Source: Oculina patagonica
Taxonomy: Eukaryota
NCBI RefSeq assembly: GCF_052425735.1
Contig: NC_135766.1
Span: forward strand, 12,896,001-12,960,000
DNA: 64,000 bases
Reading direction: 5' to 3'
The translations under genes were made by a program, and so were the position numbers. The notes below the pieces were generated by a model, which had not been told where the DNA came from, made no database searches, and saw only the letters and a program-made list of their open reading frames with translations. How positions within the stretch are numbered: the first letter of the stretch is position 1; every line of letters begins with the position of its first letter. Positions 48,454-59,319 of the stretch are shown here, piece after piece.

Positions 48454-51264
48454 CATACAAACACCAGCTCAATTCTATACCAGAAGCAACCGAAGGGCAG
48501 AAACAAATATCTTCCGCAGGCAACTTGACCCCTCCTCCCACGGTGGAATCATTATCTCCGCCTAAAAAGCGGAAACGACCTCAAATCCGATTCGTAAATT
48601 ACTGGGATGATGAACCGAAAAGGCCTTCAAGACGCTCCCGGCGAATACATAAAAACTCGCCTTACAAATCTTCCAAAGGACAAGAAGAGGATTATTAAAT
48701 TAAATCATTGTAATGCCATGTTGAACGATCGAAATAAAAGTTTATCTTACTTACAATCTGTGTGTTTAGTGTATGACTTTTTTTAAACTCTGTACCGATA
48801 TGTTTTCTATCATAAGCGGTTCGAAATCCTTGTTTATATCCGAGGTCACTGAAGCGCGTTCACTCTATTGTTTTAACTTTTCGATTGGTCATGCTTTGTT
48901 CACTAGAGCACATCGAGTCTTTACCATTGTTTTATAAACAATTACCGGTATGTTAGCAGTACTAAATGTATGCGACAAGACAACTTGCATAATTACAAAG
49001 CTAAAAACTTTGACCGAAATAAATACTCATGCCTGTTCTGTGTTATGCTGAAAACCGCTCCCGCCATAGAGTAGAAAGTTCAATTATGACATCATGGATC
49101 TTCACAAACGTAATTTCGTTAAACAAAAAAGTGCCAGTGAAATGTTGATTTCGTAAACTAATTAGTTCAAGTTGATGCGAATTCGCGTGCGATAAATCTT
49201 GGCGTTAGTTGATTAAGGATCACGAAGTTATTTAATTCTAGTTTGGACTAGAAGCAAAAACTTACCAGAGATGAACAGAATATGCCGGGAATATGAAAAT
49301 GCGACAATGGTCTTTCACAGCAAAACATTGCGCCAACCTGCATACATTATATTCGAACTATTGCCCGAGTTAGAATGGAAACGAGAAATAATCGCTCCCA
49401 TGACTTTTCGGTCGGCTGCTCCACAAAGCTTAAATATACCGATAATTTTGCCTTTAAAAAGACTTCTGAATGCAGATTCTTTGACCTATATCAAAATATT
49501 ATTTTATTTTGCGACAATAAACACTGATGAAGGCAATACTGTCCCTATTCTATTTTTAAATTATGATCTCATCATTTTTATGACGTTTACCCCTGGGGTA
49601 TTGTGACGTCACTATTCTATTTTTAGATTACGCCCCGATGATGTAATTTTTCTATTTTTAGATTATGCCCGATGATGTAATTTTTTCTATTTTTAGATTA
49701 CGCCCCATTTTTGATGACGTCACTTACGCCCCTATGACGTCACCCACTTAATTAATTCCACAAAAAATAATTAATTCCACAAATAAAAGGTAATTTTTTC
49801 TATTTTTAGATTACGCCCCATTTTTGATGACGTCACTTACGCCCCTATGACGTCACCTACTTAATTAATTCCACAAAAAATAATTTATTCCACAAAGAAG
49901 GGGTTAATTCGGTCCTTCCCTCACTACTTGTTAGAAATTACTTGCTGCCGAAATATTCATAAAATCTCCAGGAAGTGAACGCGAAAGCAAACTTGAAGGT
50001 GTTTATTTTAAAAACTCCGCCAAGGGAGTCTATCCTCATAATTGCTTTCCCCCACCCCTGAAAACCATCCCTCACGTACCGGTTGGCCAGGCCTACAACT
50101 CTGCACAAAACTAGCTACCCCCTGGACTAGGCTCAATTTCCAGGGGGGACACCCCTATGATTTTTACGGGGTGCTCATTATACCTTTTAGGGGTACAATT
50201 TGTGGATTGGTACCGCTTAGTTAGGGTGCTTAATCCTAAAATAACCGCCGCTAGAGTTGTTGGTGGTAGATGAACCAGGAACGGTCATTGTTTTCGTAAC
50301 GCAAATAACTTTGATTTCTGAATTTTTCACTTGTAAACAGTCATTCAGTCATCAAATTGCCAGTGCCAGTTTATTTGTTGTCTAGAATTAGAACCTCTTA
50401 GGGGCTCCTCTAGGAAAAGCGGAAAACCGCTTACCAAAGCTGGTTTAAACCAAAGTAGTCAACGCTCGTCAACGCTGTAAATATTTACTTGTCTTTCTCC
50501 AGACATCTAACTATAACTGACTCTGTTCAATCCGTTTTAAGAGGTGACAATATATCACGGAACCGTGTTGGTTTATATCGAGCCGCACTATATGTACATT
50601 ACTCCACAGTTCCCAAGTCCCAACTCAGTGCCATTCCAGCTAATTGTATGCGCTGAGGCCTCTGGGACTGATTTTTGGCACTCGATTGCTCAGATTGCAA
50701 ATTTGAGGTGTGACTGTAGCTGTGTTGAGTTATTTTCGTTTGGATTCACTGAACATTGATGAAATCCAGTTATTTTGCAGCAAGGTTAGTTCAGAAGCAA
50801 CAAGTCGTGTTCTTTCTTATAGCAGCCCGACATTTCTTCAGTGTTTGTCGACTCGCTGATCTGCTAACTGCAGTAAAATCACTTCCGCTTTCGAATTCAT
50901 CAGTTGTGCATTTCATATTTTGAACGAAACTTTTGTCATTTCTGAGCATTGTTGTCATCTATACAGGTCCCAAGCCGTGGAAAACAAATTCAAGATGTGA
51001 TTTTTCTCCGATTAATTCTCTGAGGTAAGCAATTGCTGTGGAAAACCTTCGAATGAAGCTTGAGTTAAACTTTTTCCGAACCACACGCCCCCCACTTACT
51101 CCCCGAATAGTCCGTTTCTTTTGTCCAATTGATTTATCAATCAAGGGAATGCATTCCCTTAATAGTCAAAAAATATTCTGTCATTTGTTTTACTCGTTTT
51201 TACCTCTCCTTGAGGGGTTCCGTCAATTGTGCTTGGCTTAGGGTTTGGGAATCATAGTTCCCCT

Positions 51265-52245
51265 TAACCTGAGTATCAGGCCTTCCTAAGGGGAGGGGGG
51301 AGGGTAGGGAAGGAAAGAGAAGAGGAAGGCCTGACACAAACGCTTTGATTGGGTCATGTCGAACATCCAGATTCTGGATGTGGTGCTGATTGGGTAATTC
51401 ACAATGGGCCTGACGTCACACCACCGGAAATAAAAATTTCATAACGGCGTCTTCTATGAACTGATGTCCACGCGAACGAACAGTGAACGAAAACTTCGCT
51501 CGACGTTATTTCAGTGTATTTATGAAAGGCGACGACTTCAAAACGGCTCTTGAAGGCGCTCTACAGTTTTTCCTGGAATTAGACGTAATAGAGGACAGCA
51601 ATTATGCCTCGAAAGCTTGCTTGTGAAACGGAAAGACGTCCTCGGAGTTTTAACAAAATAAAGGTGACGGGCCTCTCCTACGTTTGTGACATTTGTACCC
51701 TTGCCGTTCTGTGTTAAATTCGGTTTTTCGACGTAATTTGCTTCTCACTTCTTTCTAAAGGGGAACTGTTTTATTTAGAGGCATTTTGTATTAAATAGAG
51801 CCGTAAGATTGTGGCCAAGGAAATGTCTAGAGGTCATTGCATTTGTCTGCGCTGCGTGGTTTCCTGTTTGTTTCACACTTCTTTGCCACATGTTTTGCTA
51901 GTTTAGTTTGTTTTTGCTCAATTCTATTTGCAAAATATGCTTTAAACTCTCGAAATTTTCGCCGTGGAAGGACAAGATATATGTTCCGTGAAAACGTTGA
52001 TTACTTTCATTTTATTGATGCCGGGATCGGCATTAATACTGTTGCAAGATATTGTATTGTGTCTTATCACTTATATCTTGGTCCGGCTTCGCAAGTGACA
52101 ACCGGAAATGAATTTGATTGGTTGACGCTTATCACGCCGTGAGGGGTGGAAAACTAGAATAAAAGCATCTGTGTCAGGCTTTTCTTTCCTTTCGCGCTTC
52201 TACCCTTTCTCCCTTCCCCTTTAGAAAAGCCTGATACTCAGGCTA
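51265..52245 (+). mobile_element. AcademH-like non-autonomous element
   Basis: TAACCTGAGTATCAGGC...GCCTGATACTCAGGCTA. 9-bp TSD AGTTCCCCT/ACTTCCCCT. Terminal hairpins, and an eroded RecQ N-terminus (LESLLVKRKDVLGVLT) at ~51608-51655. Confidence 0.75.
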
Positions 52246-52286
52246 ACTTCCCCTCTGCATCCTGGGGGGGGGGGGGGGTTGTGATA

Positions 52287-52448
52287 CAGTCAACTCTCGC
52301 CTTGCGGACACCCCGCTATGGTGGACACTCGCTGTTGCGGACCCTGGGGAAAGAGGTTTGACTGGAAATGACTCCCACTATTACGGACTCTCGCTATAAC
52401 GGGCACTAAGTGATGCCCAAGCGTGTCCGCTATAACAAGAGTTGACTG
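52287..52448. mobile_element. Tc1/mariner (Tigger-like) MITE
   Basis: TA|CAGTCAACTCT...AGAGTTGACTG|TA with internal GCGGACAC/GTGTCCGC repeats. Confidence 0.8.
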
Positions 52449-55400
52449 TACTCCAAATAATGGATTTTTAAAGGGAGGCCCCGCCGGAGCAGGGGTATAT
52501 TTTCATAGTGAAGGTATTTTATGAAGTTAATATATATTTGAAGTACGTGCAAAGGAAATCAAGGGTATGTATTTCCTTTATTAATAACAGTCGTGAAATA
52601 TTGTGTCATTTTGTTTTACTCGTCTTTCCCTCTCCTTGTGGGATTCTCATTGTCTGCATATTGCTCAGTGGGGCTCAAAATAATTTTTGGATGATTGCCT
52701 GTCATGTTGACTGGCAAAACAAATTTTTCCTCTGTCAATGACATTTCTGCATGACTGGCCAAAATATCAGAAAGCATTTATTTTAATTTAATAGCCTATT
52801 TTAAAGCAGTTTACTGACAAGAAGACTTCCTTTAATACTTAAGGTGATTCCACTGAAATAGAAGGAGTATTAAAAATTTTCTGAAACTTGGTCTAGGTTA
52901 CAATTATGTTATGAGCATTAAAAAAAATGAAATAAAAAATTGGAGTCACCGCGCTAGTTTTTGTGTAAAATGGATGGGCATTATAGTACTGTAAATATAC
53001 GGCCCGCAAGGTATATATTAGGAACACCAGTAATTGTTGTTAGACCATTGCATGCCATTTAAATTAATGCATTAAAAAATGGGGGTCACTGTGCTTCCCT
53101 TGTAAAAATTTTACCGCGATCACGCCGCGAACGTGCCACGAACGCGGCGCGAATGCGCCGCGATTTGCGCCGCATTTTTGGCCGCCGCGATTGGCGCGAT
53201 CGCGGCGCATTCGCGGCGCGATGGGGCTTGGATCGCGCCGCGACTTGTTGCCTTGCAGCGACTTGTTGCCTGGTGTGTCCCAACCTTAGTATATTTGTAT
53301 TTTTAGGGGAGTTTTATCAATAGGCCTAGGGTTGACCTGTTAGCCCCCTTTTTAAATTCGTGTATAAATTATTTGTTTGTTTATTTTGTTTATTTTGTAA
53401 TACAAACAAGCATTTACTGTACTGGTCAGTAACTTGCTTAAAGAGTAACCCAACTTCTAGGTGGTCAGCTGCTAGCCTTCACTAGCAAAACAGGGGGAAT
53501 GTGAACTGGTTTTCCAATTCAATACAATTGACGCAACTTTCTCATTGGTTATAATTTATATTTTGTTGCAGCAACTTGTCGCAGTAGAGTACACACGCTG
53601 CCACAATGCTGCTTTCGCTCATTTTGTCGCTTCGATGTGTCTCACCAATTCAAACTGGTTTGAATTTGTGCGACACATCGCAGCGACAAAATTCTGTCGC
53701 AGAAACATTTAGATTGTCACAAGAATGCATCATGTCACACGAGGCAACACGTTGCGGTGACATGTTGCAGCGACTTGTTGCCTGGTGTGTCCCAACCTAT
53801 AGAACAGGCTACAAACATGGAGTTTGCTGCATCTGGCAAACCAAAAGTTTGACTGGACAAATTGCCATCTTGACCAGACATTGTCCATTGACCAGCCATT
53901 ATTATGAGCCCTGCTCAGGGTTCGTGAATCATGGTCCTACCCAGGAGGGAAAGGGGGGTATTCCCCACAGTGAACTTCCTTAAGGTTACTATTTTTAGTG
54001 GCTACTAATTTTAGCAATTTTTTCAGAGCAAGATTTAGCGACTATTTAATTTATAGCGATTTTCCGAAAAATTAAAAAGTTAGTGATATTATTGTGTAAA
54101 CCAGTTTTTAATGAACATATACCTGGTAGCTAAGATGGAAAATAAATGTTCAGTAAAAGAACAAACTCACTTAAAATTGAACAAACATTGCCATTTTAAG
54201 TTGACAATGCTTATTTTGTTTTTGTTTTGGGGGGGAGGGGAGGTACTTAAATCTAACAAGTGTTAAATTTCACAGAGACAAATTTTAGCGAGCACTAAAT
54301 TTAGCAATTTTAGCCACACTCGCTAAAATTGCTAAAATTAGTAGCTGCTGATAATACTGGGAGGCTCCACTTAAAAGGGGGTAAATTTTTAGGCTGAATT
54401 TTAGTATAAATAAGGGTAGGATTTTACTAGTTGAAGTATAGAAAAGGGGATTGGAAATGGGATTTTGTTATTTAAAATTCAAATACTTGAAAAAGATACA
54501 CATGCATACATGCTTGATTTATGTAAATATTTGAAAGGGTCAATAAAGTGCAAAGTTCAGAAAAAGGATGTTGTATCCTTCTGTATAGACATGTGAAAGA
54601 GGTACCACTTTCCATAAATTAGATGATATCTAAAATTTAGGTTACCTTTTCTGTCAAAAATGCCTTAAGATGTATGCATTTACATGCAATGTTAAGGGCT
54701 ATATAGGTTTGGGCCTTAGGGGGACACTCCCCATATCAAACAGTGTTGAGTACCTTCCCCCCCCCCCAAGATCACTACCGACCAGGTTTAAGGACAAAGT
54801 TGACGGGAACTCATAGAAAGCAAATGGCACGCAATCCATGCAGAAGCAATGACGTTTCATGGGGAGTTCCTTTACCTTCAATGTAAATTACAGTAGCTGA
54901 CAACTTCTGTGTTGAATGATTGTTCGAAAAAAAAATTGGATTATCTTGTGCATGACATCAGATATACGACATTTCTCATGAGCAAGGTCAAACGTTGTCT
55001 TGTAACTGTTTCCCAGGAATTGTTTACACACAGGCCCAGTTTGTTTTAAAAGAATGTAAAGATTTTTGTTAACTTTCAATCTAAATTAGAACTCATCAAA
55101 TATAATTTGTCTAGACCTTGTGTTTATACTTTGTATATACCCCTTAACTTCCCAGGAGTATTTTTATTGTGAGTTCTACATGGCAATTTTTTGTTGAGTT
55201 AAGCTTGATAATTTTTTTCTCTGTATTGAAACCAATCTTAATTTTTATGGCACTCTTTAAATCTGAAGACGTAGATCATTTATAAAATTGTAACTTTTTA
55301 AATAGATTTTTTAACCTTTTAATAATTTTTAATGTAATTTTAATTGTAGTCTTTGCCCTTTTTAATACATTTGTATTTTTTAAAGGAGTTTTATCAATGG

Positions 55401-56206
55401 GGTTAGCTTCTTACCTCTTAACTTCCTTTTTTGAATTCATGTAAATAATTAATTGAATTTGAATAATTCTTGGTTTTCACATGAGGTCATCAAAATTCTA
55501 AAACCCAGAATCGCAATACCCGTTAGTAGTGAGTTTTTTTTTCTTCACTGCATGGCTATTAGACGTCGTTAATATACATGTATATCTTGTTGAAGGTTTT
55601 TAGCTCCATAGCATTCACTGTCTTTGAGATAGAGCATTTTGAATTCGGAGTTTCATGCTTCACAAGATCAAAGATGGCTGCCAGAAGGCTGTAACATTTT
55701 CTTAAAAACATTAATGCCTCATCCTGCGATTTTTAACAATCTGATTAAGTTGAGGTTTTGTGAGAAGCGTTTATGTGAATGTTTACTAGTTCACGAGGGT
55801 GATCTGACTGCTTTGTAGCAGAATTTAATGCCAAATGTTTTCATTGATTTCTATATAACTGCTGGGCCCCATGTTGGAGCCCAAACAGTTGGGATCCAAC
55901 CTGGTGTCTTTGACGGATAACTAGAGTACGGATAATGTACAGACGTGAGACTTGGACAAGTAGTTTATATAAATGTATGTAGTAGTTTTCTACAACCTGT
56001 AATATTATTATACTTGATTTTTTTGACTCAATAGTTTTGGATTTATTTATAATGTTTTCATGGCGTGACAGTGGCGTGACAGCGAAAACCACCTACTGTA
56101 TATAACATGTACTGTGTGTTGAATGAATGTCCATTGCATTATCTTGTGCGTGATATACAATCACGAGCAAGCAAGGTCAAATGCAGTCTTGGAACTGCTT
56201 CACTGC

Positions 56207-56451
56207 AATAGCCCTTATGCATGTTTACGTTATATATATATATAGACTGGCTAGCTAGTTTCACCACCACGCCTCACTTTCGAAGTGCCAAATTGTGAAT
56301 TTTATCATAAACGAATTCCCAAAGCAGCAAAGATGAAAAGAATACCCACGTGAAAACTGCATGAAAGCAGCAGAGATTTGACAATAATTCGCGTAAACGA
56401 GGCTTGGTGGTGAATTTTGAGCATATGACGTTATCATGCATAAGGCCTATT
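56207..56451. mobile_element. Small MITE inserted into one copy of an old duplication (~54940-55220 and ~56140-56600)
   Basis: TIR AATAGCCCTTATGCATG/CATGCATAAGGCCTATT. The other copy has the empty site. Confidence 0.65.
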
Positions 56452-58879
56452 GTTCACACTGGCCCTTTGCTAAGATTTATGTTCACTTAATCCTAATAGA
56501 ACTCATCAAATATAATTTGTCTCTCTTGTTTATACTTTGTATTACACCTTTCTTACTTCCCAGGAGTATTTTGCTTTGATTTCTATGCAGTGATTTCTTG
56601 TTGAGTTAAACTTGATATTTTTTTCCTTCATATGTAACATTTATTCCTGTACAGACTGTAGTTAGTTCCCAGTCCTGTTTGGATCTACTGATAGGTTAAT
56701 TGCAACAGATCCCATCCACTTGCCTGATGGCATTATGCAATGACGTCATTACTTTAAATAAGTTAGAGCAGTCTAAGTGTTTTATATTAGTGACACCCTA
56801 AAAGTTGTTAATTTTTATTTCAAAACCTACAGTTTTTTGTTCATGCATTTTTAAGCCAGATGTCAAGTATAATTTTCCCATTTAGGTTCAAAAAAATGAC
56901 ACTTAGGTCCTACTTGAAATCAAAGAATCTGTTTAAATGCTAATAAGGAGCTCGAAGTTGAACAGGATTAAATAAGTTGATCAGTGTTTTGAACAAAATG
57001 TCTGCATCTCTTCTGATTGTCAATTGTTATCACTTACAGGTGCAGGTCCCAAGCTGTGGAATGCAATGTCAGGATGTGATTTTTCATACATATTTTCTTC
57101 TAATTTCAGGTAAGATCTGACTTATGGATCGAGGTTAATAAAATTAATTATTTGATGATATGCTCAATCAAAAATTATGGATCAATTTAACTCTCCAGGC
57201 TCAGCATGAGTTAACTCATGTGTCAATCGAATTTTTTTTAGTGTTTGATTAGTTAAGAAAATTCCGCTAAACACATGGGCAATAAAGGCATTAAAATAAA
57301 GTTACCAAAGAGAACTCATAGCAGTTGGTGATAGTTTAAATAACAGTTAGGAAAATGTTAGCCAAACTTGAGCTCTTGAGCTAACCCTGCAAGAGAAAAA
57401 TAAAATTGAAATTGTCCATATTTTTGTCAAAATGAACGTTTTATGTTCAAAACAAAATAGCAAACGTTTTAACCAATTTTAGGAGGTTTAACATTAACTC
57501 TTTCAAGAATCCGGCTTTAGAATTAAATCACCGGATGTAAGACTTAGAGAAATGAATTACAATGAGCTGTTTCAAATGGTGTAAAAAATGTTATAAGAAT
57601 ATTTTTGGTAATTAATTTTTTGTTGAGGCATCAAATTTATTATAATCTGTTTTTCATACTGCTGTTATCATCATATGCAGCTCTCAAGTTGTTGAACCTG
57701 GGAATCAGGATGTGAGTTATCATTGCGTAAAATTCTTTAAATAACAGGTAGGCAATTTTGTTTATGTTACAATTTATTATAAAGCAGGCCTATCTTTCTT
57801 CCAAGATACATTAATTTTAACAAGACAGACTGGGGCAAGCCTGGTTCATAAGGTTCATAAGTCACTAGCTATGATTTTTTTTAACCAGCCAGCTTGCTGC
57901 AAGGGAAGTTCAAAATTCCTCGCAGGTTTTTTTGTTATGTGAGAAACTTAGGTACCTTGTGCTCTCAGCCAATCTCAAGTTTCGATGCTTTTATTTTTCA
58001 CAAAATCCCATTTAAATGTTTTTTTTTGTTGAAATTTGACGCATTTTTGATGGTGTCCTTTAAATGCACAATTTAATTTAAGGAAATTCCCCATTGCGCA
58101 TCCCTACTACGCATAATTTCACGTGGAATTAGTGCGCGCGTATTAAAAAATGGCAGCTTTAACTTTACGGCTAGACCACTTCAGACAGGTAAATCGTCAT
58201 TTTCTCAAAAACGAGTATGGCGACCTACATGTATCATTTTTTCTGTTGTTTTGAATTGAGTAGCAACTTTCTTTCTGTAGAATAAATATGGACCAATTCT
58301 CAGTGTTGAATAAGAAATAATCGTCGAACACGTGAATTTAGCAAGCAATCGTGACTACCGGTACATGTATAATCATGGTAATTTTATAAAGATTTATTAG
58401 GTATAAACAAGGTGCTGTTGCTCCTAAATGAGCATTGGCACGCCCCACTGTTATTTCAAAATTTAAGTTCCTATAACATAAACAGTCAATAGGCAAAGTC
58501 TCACAAAAATCTCTCTACAGGTTCTATTTCAGTGGAAAACCTTGAGACAATTGTTAGCCTATTGGAAATCTCGAAATAAAGACAGAATCTTAATACATGC
58601 CAAGCTGTTTTGGCAGTATGTATTATTTACTCATGGGATATTTGTTTTTGATAGGCTTTTCACAGCATTTTAGTATCTAATAATAGGGTTTTGTGAGCAA
58701 AAAACAATTTGCAATAAAATTAATGCAGCTGTGTAAAGTCACGTCACCAGTCTCACCCTGGTGTAGGATATTAACCATATGGGAATTGCATAGTAATGAT
58801 CCTGTATAATATGCCAAGGCAAAGAGTATACACTTAGGATATGCTTTACCGAGAAAGAGGATATAGCTTGCAATATGGT

Positions 58880-59085
58880 ATACATACTACCTTCGGGTAT
58901 GGTATTCTTACCTAGGAGAAAGTCATACCCTGGGTTATTGAGTACTTTGGGCTATGATTTACCTAGGAGAGTAGCATCACCCTGGGGTATGGTATACTTT
59001 GGCATACGAACAACCTAGTAATGGGGAAACCCTGGGGTATGGTAAACTTTGGGTATGATGTATGATGTATCTAGGAGAATGTTAT
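58880..59085. repeat. Degenerate ~50-bp tandem repeat (ACCTAGGAGA...CCCTGGGGTATGGTATACTTTGGG)
   Basis: Three to four imperfect units upstream of the paralog 2 main exon. Confidence 0.7.
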
Positions 59086-59319
59086 CCCCTTGTACGACTT
59101 CCGGAAACAAACAACAACAACAACAACAACAACAAAACAAGCCGTTTAATCAAGGTACTCTGCATGAGCATAGAGTGAAATGCTATTTACACCTAGCAAT
59201 TGATTTAATAGTGTGCCGATTACGTTAAGCTATGATACAAAAACAATAACGAAATCAATTTTACTGCACACAGGAACTGTTAAAGAGCTTCATGTAAACC
59301 TCTGTATGGTGTACTTTGA

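Larger units (their letters stand above)
44166..49928. mobile_element. Miniature non-autonomous Polinton/Maverick (adintovirus-like), 5763 bp
   Basis: Termini AGTAGT...ACTACT. Perfect 6-bp TSD TGTTAG (44160-44165, 49929-49934). Inverted arms 44166-45703 and 48390-49928. Encodes a packaging ATPase. Confidence 0.93.

Noticed and set aside
48357-48698. Independent 113-aa gene
   Set aside because: It is the inverted duplicate of the ATPase ORF 3' end joined to 11 out-of-frame codons.
49271-49606. 111-aa ORF in the Polinton arm (95 aa in the left arm)
   Set aside because: No recognisable motif, and the two copies differ by a frameshift. It cannot be supported, though a small viral gene is not excluded.
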